Source of the DNA: an uncultured Pseudomonadota bacterium
GTDB taxonomy: Bacteria > Desulfobacterota > Binatia > Binatales > Binataceae
DNA: 64,000 nt
Reading direction: 5' to 3'
NCBI GenBank assembly: GCA_963804355.1
Contig: CAWDQC010000030.1
Span: forward strand, 33,396 to 97,395
The notes under the pieces were generated by a model, which was not told where the DNA came from, searched no databases, and was given only the letters and a program-made list of their open reading frames with translations. Position 1 is the stretch's first letter; every line of letters starts with the position of its first letter. Of this stretch, positions 10,874-21,969 are shown one piece after another. A program made the translations under genes and the position numbers.

Positions 10874-12157
10874 ATGGACTTCGAAGAATCGCCGGTACCG
10901 TTCGGGACGGGTAATCCGACATCCTCGGGGAGAACGGTGAAGAAGTCCCGTTTTTCAAGGATCCGATGGGTAATTCTTGCGGCAGTCCTGCTACTCGCAA
11001 ATGCCTATTACTTCCTGCGGCCGGGAAATGGTGAAGGCCGCTTTCTGACGGCGGAGGTCTCGCGCGGGCCAATCGTCCGTTCGGTTATCGCCACTGGTAC
11101 CGTCAATCCTGTCACCGTGGTCCAGGTCGGCAGTTATGTGTCCGGCCCGATTCAGGCGATCTACGCCGATTTCAACGCCGCCGTCAAAGCAGGCCAGCTG
11201 ATCGCGAAGATCGATCCCCGTCCATTCCAGGTCAAAGTCGACGAAGCGGTGGCGACCCTGGCGAACGCCAAGGCGCAACTGGGCAAGGACCGCGCCGATT
11301 TGGCCTACAAGAAATTGACCTACGAGCGCGATCAGAAGTTGTTCGAGGCCGATTCCGTTTCGCAGGATACCCGCGACTCGGCCAGGAGCGCCTCCGACCA
11401 GGCGGTTGCGCAGGTGGCGCTCGACGCCGCCAATATCCAGCAACAGCAGGCCAACCTCCACGATGCCCAGGTCAGTCTCGATTACACGAATATCTCCTCG
11501 CCCGTCGACGGCACTGTCGTCTCGCGCAACGTCGACGTCGGCCAGACCGTCGCCGCCACCTACCAGACGCCGACCCTATTTCTTATCGCCCGGGACCTCA
11601 CCCAGATGCAGGTTGACGCCAACGTCAGCGAATCGGATATCGGTAACGTCAAGGATGGCACCCCCGCCGAATTCACCGTCGACGCCTTTCCGGGTCGCGA
11701 ATTCTCCGGCAGCGTCGGACAGGTACGGCAAGCGCCGATTACCGTGCAGAACGTTGTGACCTATGACGTCGTCGTGACCGTCGCCAATCCCGAACTGCTG
11801 CTAAAACCGGGCATGACCGCGAACGTGACCATCACCACGGCGCGGCGAGATGACGTGCTACGCGTTCCCGTCCAGGCGATTCGCTTCAGCCCGAGACGGG
11901 CGAATCGCGATCGATCCTCGACGCCGGGCGCGAACGCGCCGGTCTCGGTCTCGCGGCGACCCCGCGTATGGGTTCTCGCTGACGGAAGACTGCGTCCGGT
12001 GCGGGTGACGACCGGCCTTGACGACGGCACCTTCGTCGAAGTGGTAACCGGCGATCTCAATCCGGGTGACAAGGTCGTAACCGGAGAAATTCGCGAAGGC
12101 ACGAGCAATGGCCCGGGTCGCGGCCCGATGTCGCCCTCGATGCACTTCCCGCACTGA
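10874..12157 (+). CDS. macA: efflux transporter periplasmic adaptor (HlyD/MacA family)
   Basis: MDFEESP... with a TM anchor (WVILAAVLLLANAYYF), a lipoyl-like segment (GQLIAKIDPRPFQVKVDEA), coiled-coil and beta-barrel parts. The track ORF start at 10475 overlaps the opposite-strand gene, so I chose the in-frame ATG at 10874. Confidence 0.8.
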   Translation: MDFEESPVPFGTGNPTSSGRTVKKSRFSRIRWVILAAVLLLANAYYFLRPGNGEGRFLTAEVSRGPIVRSVIATGTVNPVTVVQVGSYVSGPIQAIYADFNAAVKAGQLIAKIDPRPFQVKVDEAVATLANAKAQLGKDRADLAYKKLTYERDQKLFEADSVSQDTRDSARSASDQAVAQVALDAANIQQQQANLHDAQVSLDYTNISSPVDGTVVSRNVDVGQTVAATYQTPTLFLIARDLTQMQVDANVSESDIGNVKDGTPAEFTVDAFPGREFSGSVGQVRQAPITVQNVVTYDVVVTVANPELLLKPGMTANVTITTARRDDVLRVPVQAIRFSPRRANRDRSSTPGANAPVSVSRRPRVWVLADGRLRPVRVTTGLDDGTFVEVVTGDLNPGDKVVTGEIREGTSNGPGRGPMSPSMHFPH

Positions 12158-12214
12158 CATGGTTGCGATCCCACAGGCCGCGATTCACCGGTTTGGCCTC
12201 GGCCCGTCGCTATC

Positions 12215-14356
12215 GTGAAGACCGAAGCCGTCATACAGCTCGTCGACGTGAGCAAGACCTTCCACCTCGGCGAAGTGGAAGTCAGGGCCTTGCGCGGCGT
12301 GAGCCTGACCATCAATCGGGGCGAATTCGTTGCCGCGATGGGCGCGTCGGGTTCCGGCAAGTCCACCCTGATGAATATCCTCGGATGCCTCGATCGGCCG
12401 ACCAGGGGCCGCTACCTGCTCGAGGGCGCCGAGGTCGCCTCGATGAGCGAGGAAGAACTGGCGGCGGTGCGCAGCCGGCGGATCGGGTTCGTCTTCCAGA
12501 ACTTCAACCTGCTTTCACGCACCAGCGCGCTCGAAAATATCGATTTGCCGCTGTTCTATTCGGGTAAATCCGATGACCACGGCAAACGCGCCCAAGCGTT
12601 GCTCGAAATGGTCGGTCTTCACGGGCGCTCGCAAAGCCATCCCAACCAGCTTTCCGGCGGCCAGCAGCAACGGGTCGCGATTGCTCGCGCGCTGATCAAC
12701 GAACCGGCAATCCTGCTGGCCGACGAACCCACCGGTAACCTCGATTCCACCAATTCCGCCGAGGTCATGGACATCATCACCCGGCTTAATCGCGAGCATG
12801 GCCTCACTGTTATCGTGGTGACGCACGACCCGGACGTCGCGCAGTATACCGATCGTGTGATCACCTTCCGTGACGGCTTGCTGGTTTCGGACGAGCACAA
12901 GCGTGATAACGCCGCGCTTGCGGAGACGGCCGTCGAGCCGGGCGAAGCGGCGGTCGTTGGCCGCGGCAGCGAGATACTGACCTTCGCCACGATGGCGATA
13001 AGTGCGGCGGCGAGGGCATTGCGGCGCAACAAGATGCGCGCGGCGCTGACGATGCTGGGAATTTTTATCGGCGTCGCCGCGGTTATCGCGATGGTCGCCG
13101 TCGGTGACGGCGCGCGCTATTCCGTGCAACAGCAAATCCAGAGTCTCGGCACCAACTTGCTGATAATCCTCCCCGGCGCCACCACTAGCAGCGGCGTCCG
13201 AGCGGGTTTCGGCAGCGTCTCGACACTGACCGTCGCCGACGCCGACGCTATCAGCAAGGAGGTGAAATCGGTCGCCGCGGTAAGCTACATGGATCGCCAG
13301 GTCTCGCAGGTGGTTTACGGAAACCATAACTGGAGCACCAATATCAGCGGCACCACGCCGAGCTACCTGACGATTCGCGACTGGCCCGTCGTCAGCGGAC
13401 GCAGCTTTACCGAGGAAGAATCGCGTAGCGCGGCGCCGGTATGCCTGCTCGGGCAGACCGTCGCGAACAACCTCTACACCGAGGGCGAAGACCCGGTCGG
13501 CACTGCCATCCGGGTCAAGAACTTTCCGGTCCGTGTCGTCGGCCTGCTCGAGGCCAAGGGTCAGTCGAGCTACGGCCAGGACCAGGACGACGTGGTGCTG
13601 ATGCCGTTCGCGACCGCCGAGCGAAAAGTGCTGGGTACCTCGCAGGCCAGCGCGACCGTGCCGATCACCAATACCGGCTCGACCAATCCTGTCCTGAATC
13701 CCTACCTCGGAGTTCCCAACTGGACCGCGGCGAGCACGGTCTACCAATCGAGCACGACCGTGGTTAACCCCTTCGGCAACCCCGCCAAGATTTCGGGCGT
13801 GGTCAACATGATTTACGTCCAGGCCAGGAGCGCGAAAAGCGTTGACGTGGCGCAGGCCGAGGTCGAGGACCTGTTACATCGCCGTCATCGTATCGGAGCC
13901 GGCCAGGACGACGATTTTACCGTTCGCAGCCTTAACGAAATCGCCCAGGCTTCGGAAAGCGCGAGCCGTGTCATGACTATTCTGCTGGCTGCGGTCGCCT
14001 CGATCTCGTTGCTGGTCGGCGGCATCGGCATCATGAATATCATGCTGGTGTCGGTCACCGAGCGCACTCGCGAGATCGGGATTCGCATGGCTATCGGGGC
14101 GCGCCGGCTGCATATCCTGCTGCAGTTCCTGGTCGAGTCGGCCCTGCTGAGTATCCTCGGCGGTATTGCCGGGGTAATCCTGGGAATTCTCACTTCGAAG
14201 ATTCTGTCGGCGTTGGCGAGTTGGCCCACCCTGATCTCGCCGATCTCGGTAATCGGCGGCTTTCTCTTCGCCGCGGCGATCGGCTTGTTCTTCGGATGGT
14301 ATCCGGCGCGCAAGGCGTCGATGCTCGATCCGATCGACGCCCTGCGTTACGAGTGA
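12215..14356 (+). CDS. macB: MacB-type ABC transporter, fused ATPase + FtsX-like permease
   Basis: Walker A GASGSGKST, signature LSGGQQQRVAIARAL, Walker B ILLADEPTGNLD, and a C-terminal 4-TM permease with a large periplasmic loop. GTG start. Confidence 0.9.
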   Translation: MKTEAVIQLVDVSKTFHLGEVEVRALRGVSLTINRGEFVAAMGASGSGKSTLMNILGCLDRPTRGRYLLEGAEVASMSEEELAAVRSRRIGFVFQNFNLLSRTSALENIDLPLFYSGKSDDHGKRAQALLEMVGLHGRSQSHPNQLSGGQQQRVAIARALINEPAILLADEPTGNLDSTNSAEVMDIITRLNREHGLTVIVVTHDPDVAQYTDRVITFRDGLLVSDEHKRDNAALAETAVEPGEAAVVGRGSEILTFATMAISAAARALRRNKMRAALTMLGIFIGVAAVIAMVAVGDGARYSVQQQIQSLGTNLLIILPGATTSSGVRAGFGSVSTLTVADADAISKEVKSVAAVSYMDRQVSQVVYGNHNWSTNISGTTPSYLTIRDWPVVSGRSFTEEESRSAAPVCLLGQTVANNLYTEGEDPVGTAIRVKNFPVRVVGLLEAKGQSSYGQDQDDVVLMPFATAERKVLGTSQASATVPITNTGSTNPVLNPYLGVPNWTAASTVYQSSTTVVNPFGNPAKISGVVNMIYVQARSAKSVDVAQAEVEDLLHRRHRIGAGQDDDFTVRSLNEIAQASESASRVMTILLAAVASISLLVGGIGIMNIMLVSVTERTREIGIRMAIGARRLHILLQFLVESALLSILGGIAGVILGILTSKILSALASWPTLISPISVIGGFLFAAAIGLFFGWYPARKASMLDPIDALRYE

Positions 14357-14395
14357 TCGCGAATACGGCCTCAATCGCGCGTTAGCGCGCCGGGC

Positions 14396-16226
14396 CTATT
14401 CGACGGTGACTGATTTCGCGAGATTGCGTGGCTGGTCGACGTCGGTCCCGCGATAACAGGCGATATGGTACGCGAGCAGTTGCAGCGGCACCGTGGTCAG
14501 CACCGGCATCAGGAACCGATTGGTCGAGGGTACGTCGATAATTTCCCAGGCGACCTCTTCCAACTCCGGCGTGCGATGATCGGTCACCGCGATTATCCGG
14601 CCGTTGCGCGACTCGACTTCCTTCAGATTCGAGAGGGTCTTCTCGAAGACGTTGTCGTTGGGAATGATCACGACGACCGGCATTTCCTCATCGATCAGCG
14701 CGATCGGACCGTGCTTCATTTCGCCGGCGGAATAACCCTCGGCGTGGATATAGGAAATTTCCTTGAGCTTGAGCGCGCCTTCCAGCGCGACAGGGTAATT
14801 GATGCCGCGGCCGAGGTAGAGAAAATCCCGGGTCCTGCCGTACTTGCGCGCGACCTTCTCGATCTGGCGCTCCGGCAAGAATTGCCTCGATCTGTTGCGG
14901 TATCGCGAAGGCGGGCCGCAATAAATCCTCGGCGTCGCGCTCCGGCAAGCGGCCCAGCCGCGCCGCCAGATGGATCGCGAAGAGATAAAAGGCTTCGATT
15001 TGCGTCAGAAAGCATTTGGTGGTGGTGACGCTGATCTCGGGCCCGCAACGCGTATAGAGCTGCGCGTTCGCCTTGCGCGCGATCGACGAATCGACCGTAT
15101 TGGTCAACGCAATCAGATGCGACCCGCGATGCTTTCCTTCTTCCATCGCGGCCAGCGTGTCGGCCGTTTCGCCCGACTGCGACACCGCCACCATCACCGT
15201 GCGCTCATCGATCGCGGGTGATCGATAGCGAAACTCTGCAGAGTAATCGACCTCGGCGGGAATTCCGCACAGTTCCTCGATCATGAACTTGCCGATAAGC
15301 GACGCGATCCAGGAGGCGCCGGCCGAAACCATCACGATTCGTCCGATCGATTCGGCGCCGCCGCGCGGCAGCAGTTCGTTTTCGAAATTGACCGCCGAAG
15401 AACCAACCGAAACGCGTCCCGATAGCGTATCGATCCAGGCCTGCGGCTGTTCGCTGATTTCCTTGCGCAGGTAATGCTGGTAGCCGCCCTTGGTTGCAGC
15501 CACGGCGTCCCATTCGATCTGCCGCGGCGGCCGCTCGATCGGCGTCCCGGCGAAATTCATCAACTTGACGCCCTGCGCACTCAGCTCGGCGAGCTCTCCA
15601 TCCTCCATCACCAGCGTGCGGCGGGTATGTTCGAGGATTGCCGGAATATCCGAGGCGACGAAATTTTCGCCCTCGCCCAGGCCCAGCACCAGCGGCGTCG
15701 CGGTCTTGGCCGCGACCAGCTTGCCCGGCTCGGTCTCGGAAAGCACGACGATCGAGAACGATCCGCGCAGTTCCTGGACCACCTCGCGAACCGCCTCGGT
15801 AAGTCCGCGACCGTCCTTCAGTCGCTCCTCGACCAGATGCGAGATCATCTCGGTATCCGTCTCCGAACGCAGCTTGTGACCGCGCTTGCGCAGGGCTTCG
15901 CGCAATTCGATGTAATTTTCGATTATTCCGTTGTGGATTACCGCGACCGGGCCCGCCTTGTGCGGGTGGGCGTTGGTTTCCGAGGGACGGCCATGGGTGG
16001 CCCATCGCGTATGCCCGATTCCGATATGGCCTTTGAGCGGCTGTTCGTCGAGGACACGGCGCAAATTCTCGAGCTTGCCGACCGCACGGCGAATTTCCAT
16101 CGAATCGCCGCCGTTCAGGGTCGCGACGCCGGCCGAATCGTAACCACGATATTCGAGACGACTAAGCCCGCCGATGAGAATCGGGGAAGCGTCACGAGGA
16201 CCTACATAGCCTATTATTCCACACAT
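14396..16226 (-). CDS. glmS: glutamine--fructose-6-phosphate aminotransferase, one frameshift near 14877
   Basis: MCGIIGY N-terminal nucleophile. SIS domains ending ...[29 protein letters not shown]...AKSVTVE. The two track ORFs (14688..16226 and 14396..14878) join at ...[18 protein letters not shown]. Confidence 0.9.
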
Positions 16227-16264
16227 ACGCGTCTATTCTAACGTTTTGCGATGTAAGAGGCTAC

Positions 16265-17717
16265 CTAATCATCTTTGCCGCCGCGAGAGCGAGCTCGGGC
16301 TTTCGGATGGTTCGCGTGGCGTTTATGCCATTGCTCGGTCCATCCGGCCTTCTCTTTCTGGGGATGATGCGACATCACCAGCTCGCCGTCGCGGACGTCG
16401 CGCACGATGGTCGTGCCGGAGGCGACATAAACGTCGTCGCCGACCGTCACCGGCGCAATCAGCTGGGTATCGCAGCCGACCATGCAGCGGTCGCCTATCT
16501 TGGTGACGTGCTTGTCGTAGCCGTCGTAATTCACGGTGATGACGCCGCATCCGACGTTGGTCTCGCGCCCGATTACGGTATCGCCCAGGTAGCTCAGATG
16601 GCTGGCCTTGCTGCCGCGTCCGATCTGCGGCCTTTTTGGTTTCGACGAAGTTGCCGATACGGTTGTGACCCTCAAGGTACGTGCCCTCGCGCAGATGGGC
16701 AAACGGGCCAATCTCGGACTCCTCGCCGATCACGCAGGCTTCCGCACGGACGCCAATCTTCAGATGACAGCGGTCGCCGATCGTTACGTCGCGCAGCCAT
16801 GCGGTGCCTTCGATCAATACGCCGCTACCGATTCGACAGCGTCCCAGAAGTTGCACGTTGGGACCGATGGTCGTATCCGCGCCGATTTCGACTTCCGCGC
16901 CGATATAGGCCGTCGCCGGATCGATAATCGTGACCCCGGCCGACATTAGTTTACGATTAATTTCGCTGCGTACCTGCGCTTCCATCTGGGCCAGCTCCTC
17001 GCGCGAATTGATACCGACGAACTCGCTGGCGTCGTGGGCAATCCACGCATCGACGCTGGCGCCGTCCTGGCGTCCGATCGCGACAATATCGGTCAGATAA
17101 TATTCCTGTTGCGCGTTGTTAGGACGAAGCTTGGTAATTGCGGTTCGCAAAAACGCCGCGCGCGCAAAGTAAATTCCAGTATTGATTTCCTTGATTTCGC
17201 GTTGCGCAGGAGTCGCGTCGCGAGCTTCGACGATCCCGCTAACTTTGCCCTGGTTATCGCGCGTGACCCGGCCATACGCGCCGGCGTCATCCAATTTGAC
17301 ACTGATGAAAGTCAACTGCGCTTCGCTCTTGCGATGGGACTCGAGGCATCGTTCGAGCGTCGCGGAATCCACCATCGGCATGTCGCCGTAGCCAATCACG
17401 ACGTCGCCGGAAAAATTTGCCGGCACTTCGGCGAGTCCGCACCGTGCAGCGTCTCCGGTGCCGTGCTGTTCGGCTTGCAAAGCGAAGCGCAGATCGTCGC
17501 CGGGAATCGCCCGGCGCGTCGCAGCTTCCACCTCGTTCGCCTGATGCCCCACCACGAGAACCAACGGCCGCGCCTTTAACTTCGCGAACGCCCGGATGGT
17601 TCGCGCGATCATCGGCTCGCCACCCAATTCGTGGAGTACCTTCGCGCGCGCCGATCGCATCCGCGTCCCCAGTCCGGCGGCAAGAATTATCGCGGCGAGC
17701 CCGTTGTCAGAATTCAC
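16265..17717 (-). CDS. glmU: bifunctional UDP-GlcNAc pyrophosphorylase / GlcN-1-P acetyltransferase, one frameshift near 16630
   Basis: N-terminal AIILAAGLGTRM. C-terminal left-handed beta-helix hexapeptide repeats. The fragments join at ...GNFVETKKA/QIGRGSKASHLSYLGD. GTG start. Confidence 0.9.
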
Positions 17718-18001
17718 GGCTTTTTCTTGAAGAGCTGGTCAAGTTTTGCGCGAGCGCCAGCGTCGCGAGACACCTGGGCCGGTTTTGCACCCTTGCCGGG
17801 GCCGAAGAAATCGCAAAAATTCGGGCGCTCCTTGTCGACGACGCGCTCGGCTTGCGTCTCGCGGCATTGATTGTTGTAAGCGACGTCGTAGAACTCACAG
17901 TTGAGGCAAGCGTGAAGCGCCCGGTCGCATCCGGGGCAATGGTCGCGGAAGCCGACACGTTCTTTGACTTCAATTTCCCGTGCACATTTCCAGCACTTCA
18001 C
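17714..18001 (-). CDS. small Cys-rich zinc-ribbon protein, function unknown
   Basis: 95 aa, MKCWKCAREIEV...HCPGCDRALHACLNCEFYD...NFCDFF, with several CxxC pairs. Its TGA overlaps the glmU GTG (GTGA, 4-nt coordinate overlap). Confidence 0.6.
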   Translation of the reverse strand: MKCWKCAREIEVKERVGFRDHCPGCDRALHACLNCEFYDVAYNNQCRETQAERVVDKERPNFCDFFGPGKGAKPAQVSRDAGARAKLDQLFKKKP

Positions 18002-18146
18002 AAAGCGCCTTCTTAATCATGCGAGAATTATCGTCTTCGAGTCTCGCCGCAGCGGCGCGCTTTTGCGCCCGCGTTACCGCTGATAGCATAACGTAGACGC
18101 GTGTTTCTCGCGAGGAGCTTTTCGTGTTGTACCTGGAGATAAGCGT

Positions 18147-19050
18147 TTGATTGCCGAAATTGAGACGTTCCTGGGCGCCCTCGGCGGGGCGTCGCGGGCG
18201 TCGCGCAACACGGTTAGCGCCTATCGGCGCGATTTGCTCGATTTCCACGCATATCTCCAACGGGGACGTACTGCTATCGACCAAACCGGCGAAAATGTCG
18301 ATTGCGACGCTATCACCACGGACCATGTACGCAATTACCTTGCCACCATGATGCGGGTGGCGTCGCGGGCGACCGTCCAGCGGCGTTTGTATGCCATCAA
18401 GGCCCTATTCCGCTGGCGCGAGGTTGCCTCCGGCAAATCCAGCCCGGTACGGACGATGAGGGGGCCCAAGCTCGAAAAGCGCCTGCCACAAGTCGCCAGC
18501 GAAAAGGTCGTCGACGCCCTCGTTGTCGCCGATGGAGCCGTAGATAGTCCGGCCAGGGCTGCGCGACCGCGCCATTCTCGAGGTGCTCTACTCGTGTGGG
18601 CTTCGCGTCAGCGAACTGACGGGACTATGTTGGAAGGACATCGACGAGGAATTGGGGATGGTCATGGTACGCGCGGGCAAAGGGAATAAGGATTGGCTGG
18701 TTCCGATTGGCGAACCGGCGCTGGATGCCCTCCGAGCCTGGCGCGCCACGGGGGTGTCCGACGGGGCGCCTGAGTCCCCGGTCATCACCAATCTCCGGGG
18801 CGGGCGGCTTACGCCACGTTCCGTGCAGAATCTTCTGGCCCGTCGAATCAACGAATCGGGTCTCGATATCGACCTGACACCGCATGGTCTTCGCCATTCT
18901 TTCGCCACTCATTTGCTGAACGCGGGCGCGGATCTACGGTCGATCCAGGAGATGCTCGGCCATTCGAGTCTTCAAACTACCCAGCGCTACACGCATGTAA
19001 GCGCTCGCCATCTGAAAGAGGTCTATCGCCGTGCCCATCCGCGCGCTTGA
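18147..19050 (+). CDS. xerC: tyrosine recombinase XerC/XerD family, one frameshift near 18550
   Basis: The N-terminal SAM-like domain ([16 protein letters not shown]) joins to [19 protein letters not shown]...[41 protein letters not shown] start. Confidence 0.85.
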
Positions 19051-19597
19051 GTCCGATCCGGAGACGAGAGTCCGTTCGACCACAATCCTAACAGTGCGCC
19101 ACGGCGGCAAAGTGGTGATGGCGGGCGACGGGCAGGTATCCGTCGGCCAGACCATCATGAAGCACAGCGCACGCAAGGTTCGGCGGCTGCATAATGACGC
19201 GGTCCTCTCGGGCTTTGCCGGCTCGACCGCCGACGCGCTCACCTTGTTCGACAAGTTTGAGTCGAAACTGCAGGAATTCAACGGGAATTTGCGCCGGGCC
19301 GCGGTGGAAATGGCCAAGGACTGGCGAACCGATCGAATCCTGCGCCGCCTGGAGGCGATGCTGATCGTGGCGGACGTCGAAAGCTCCCTGCTGATTTCCG
19401 GTGCGGGTGATGTAGTCGAGCCCGACGACGGTTTAATCGCTATCGGATCGGGCGGTAACTACGCATTAGCGGCAGCGCGCGCTTTGGTGCGTCATAGCGA
19501 GAATCTTAGCGCTCACGAAATAGCCGAAGGTGCGATGAAGATTGCCTCCGAGATCTGCGTCTATACAAATGACCAATTTGTCATCGAAGAATTGTAG
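19031..19597 (+). CDS. hslV: ATP-dependent protease subunit HslV
   Basis: [21 protein letters not shown]... core. The only in-frame start is GTG at 19031, 16 codons before the Thr-Thr (see findings). Confidence 0.85.
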   Translation: MPIRALESDPETRVRSTTILTVRHGGKVVMAGDGQVSVGQTIMKHSARKVRRLHNDAVLSGFAGSTADALTLFDKFESKLQEFNGNLRRAAVEMAKDWRTDRILRRLEAMLIVADVESSLLISGAGDVVEPDDGLIAIGSGGNYALAAARALVRHSENLSAHEIAEGAMKIASEICVYTNDQFVIEEL

Positions 19598-19654
19598 AAC
19601 AGTCCGGTCGAATAATTGTAGATTAAATATAGAGACTCGTGGCGGCGACTCGAT

Positions 19655-21052
19655 ATGTTGGCCGCGCTACGCCAGCTAATGACAACTCCCCAGGTGATGA
19701 CTCCTCGCGAAATCGTTTCTGAGCTCGATCGTTATATCGTCGGCCAGCACGAGGCCAAACGTGCCGTCGCGATCGCCTTGCGCAATCGCTGGCGGCGGCA
19801 GAATGTGGCGCCGGAGCTGCGCGACAAAATTGCACCCAAAAATATCCTGATGATCGGTCCCACCGGCGTCGGCAAGACCGAGATCGCACGCCGGCTCGCG
19901 AAGCTCGCACAAGCGCCCTTCGTCAAGGTCGAGGCCTCGCGTTATACCGAGGTCGGTTACGTCGGGCGGGACGTCGAATCGATGATCCGCGATCTGGCCG
20001 AGATCGCCGTCAAAATGGTGCGTGACGAAGAACGCGGCCGCGTAGCGGTCAAGGCGCGCGAGAACGCCGAGGAACGGCTCCTCGATATTCTTTACCCGGC
20101 ACCGCCGGGAAAGACCCGTCGCCCCGCGATGGTTACGCCTTCGGGCGAGGTCCAGGTCGCGGACACCGACGCGCATCATGAGACCCGCGAGAAGCTGCGC
20201 AAACTGCTGCGCGACGGTTACCTCAACGAGCGCGAAGTCGAGATCGAAGTCACGCAAGGTACGCCGTCGGTCGAAGTGTTCACCCCGCAAGGGATGGAAG
20301 AGATGGGCGTGAACATGAAGGATCTTTTGGGCCAGATCATGCCCAAAAAGACCAATCGCCGAAAATTCAAGGTGCCCGAGGCGTTGGAAGTCCTGGTCCA
20401 GGAAGAAGCCGCTCGCCTGGTCGATATGGAAAACGTCGCGCGCGAAGCGATCCATCGCGCCGAACAATCCGGCATCGTATTCATCGACGAGATCGACAAG
20501 ATTGCCGGGCATGACGCGACGCAGGGACCGGACGTGTCGCGACAAGGCGTCCAGCGCGACCTCCTGCCGATCGTCGAGGGCTCGACGGTAAATACCAAGT
20601 ACGGCGTGGTAAAGACCGACCATATCCTGTTCGTGGCTTCGGGCGCGTTTCACACCTCGAAGCCTTCCGACCTGATTCCCGAGTTCCAGGGCCGCTTTCC
20701 GATCAGAGTCGAGCTAAAAGCGCTGACCCAGGCGGACTTCGTGCGGATTCTCACCGAACCCGAGAACGCCCTGACGAAGCAGTACGTGGCCTTGATGGAC
20801 ACCGAGAAGGTGAGGATCGATTTCACCGGAGATGCGATTTCGGCGCTCGCCGAGATCGCTGCGCAGGTCAACTCGCGATCCGAGAATATTGGCGCTCGCC
20901 GGCTCCATACCGTATTGGAACGGCTACTCGAGGACCTCTCTTTCAATGCGCCCGAATATAGCGGCCGCGAGATTCCGATCGATTCCGCCTACGTGCATCA
21001 GCGCCTCGACCCGATCGTCCGGAACGAAGATTTGTCGCGTTATATTTTGTAA
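19655..21052 (+). CDS. hslU: ATP-dependent protease ATPase subunit HslU
   Basis: [21 protein letters not shown], Walker [26 protein letters not shown], and C-terminal [18 protein letters not shown]. Confidence 0.95.
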   Translation: MLAALRQLMTTPQVMTPREIVSELDRYIVGQHEAKRAVAIALRNRWRRQNVAPELRDKIAPKNILMIGPTGVGKTEIARRLAKLAQAPFVKVEASRYTEVGYVGRDVESMIRDLAEIAVKMVRDEERGRVAVKARENAEERLLDILYPAPPGKTRRPAMVTPSGEVQVADTDAHHETREKLRKLLRDGYLNEREVEIEVTQGTPSVEVFTPQGMEEMGVNMKDLLGQIMPKKTNRRKFKVPEALEVLVQEEAARLVDMENVAREAIHRAEQSGIVFIDEIDKIAGHDATQGPDVSRQGVQRDLLPIVEGSTVNTKYGVVKTDHILFVASGAFHTSKPSDLIPEFQGRFPIRVELKALTQADFVRILTEPENALTKQYVALMDTEKVRIDFTGDAISALAEIAAQVNSRSENIGARRLHTVLERLLEDLSFNAPEYSGREIPIDSAYVHQRLDPIVRNEDLSRYIL

Positions 21053-21261
21053 CGCCGTCCAATCCGAGGCCGGACTGCTCTCGAATCGATGATCGAGCGG
21101 TCCACACCGCTCGGCCGGCGATTTTCGCCCGCCTGTATCGCCTACCTTTTGTCTGCTTTTAGCTTCGTCGCGTCATTGCCGTTCCCGATCAAAGCCGGTA
21201 AAAGAGGGCCGGGCAAGAAGGGCTGCACGGGCAAAAGCTCGACCATTCAGGAGGGGAGATC

Positions 21262-21798
21262 ATGAGAGCGAAGTTCGGTATCGCAGTAATAGTAAGCGCT
21301 TTAACCATTGTTGCCATATCTCATTCGTTGGGAGTGTCGCGGGCGGCCGCCTCGAATAGTGACGACAAGGCCGCGATCGCGACGCTCGAGAATCGGCTCA
21401 CAGACGCCTTCAACAAAATGGACCCGGGCGCAGTGATGACCTTTTACATGAAGGACGCGGACGCGGTCTATTTCGAGGACGTTCTACCTTTCCAGATCAA
21501 GGGGTGGAATTCCCTGAACGAGGGCACTCGGGGTTTCTATAAGGAGATGAAGGTGACTCAATGGCAGGCCAGCGTGGAAGCGCTCTCCGTTGAGGTTTCC
21601 GGCAAACTCGCCGCCGCCCACTTTATCGTTCCGATAAAATGGACCGACAAAAACGGGCAACACTTTGAACGCGCTCGCGGAACCCACATTTTCAAAAAGG
21701 TCGACGGCAAGTGGCTGATATGGCATGAGCATCTTTCCGTGCCGTTCGATCCCGCGACCGGTAAAGCGGTCCTCGACGCGAGTCCGTCAAAAGACTGA
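21262..21798 (+). CDS. exported SnoaL-like / DUF4440 (NTF2-fold) protein
   Basis: Signal peptide MRAKFGIAVIVSALTIVAISHSLGVSRA. The NTF2-like pattern includes ...FKKVDGKWLIWHEHLSVPF. RBS GGAGGGGA lies upstream. Confidence 0.6.
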   Translation: MRAKFGIAVIVSALTIVAISHSLGVSRAAASNSDDKAAIATLENRLTDAFNKMDPGAVMTFYMKDADAVYFEDVLPFQIKGWNSLNEGTRGFYKEMKVTQWQASVEALSVEVSGKLAAAHFIVPIKWTDKNGQHFERARGTHIFKKVDGKWLIWHEHLSVPFDPATGKAVLDASPSKD

Positions 21799-21823
21799 AC
21801 GACGCAGCCCTCTTGCCCGCTCT

Positions 21824-21858
21824 GAAGCGCCAGGATTTTCGTTGGCGCTTCTTCTCAT
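21824..21858 (+). terminator. terminator-like hairpin after the SnoaL-like gene
   Basis: Perfect 9-bp stem GAAGCGCCA/TGGCGCTTC (21824-21832 / 21843-21851) followed by the T-rich TTCTCATT. Confidence 0.45.
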
Positions 21859-21969
21859 TCGATGGAAAAGCCTCCCGAACCCGCGCTTCGGTGTCGCGCG
21901 ATCATTGCATGGCGGCGGCGCGGCGCGCATTTTTGTAGACGGTTCCGCTCGAATAGAGACGAATGGCTA

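Noticed and set aside
18147-19050. xerC as the integrase of an integrated mobile element
   Set aside because: It sits in the conserved xerC-hslV-hslU arrangement with overlapping or adjacent housekeeping genes. There is no flanking tRNA, att-like repeat, or phage or plasmid gene, so it looks like a chromosomal dif-type recombinase.
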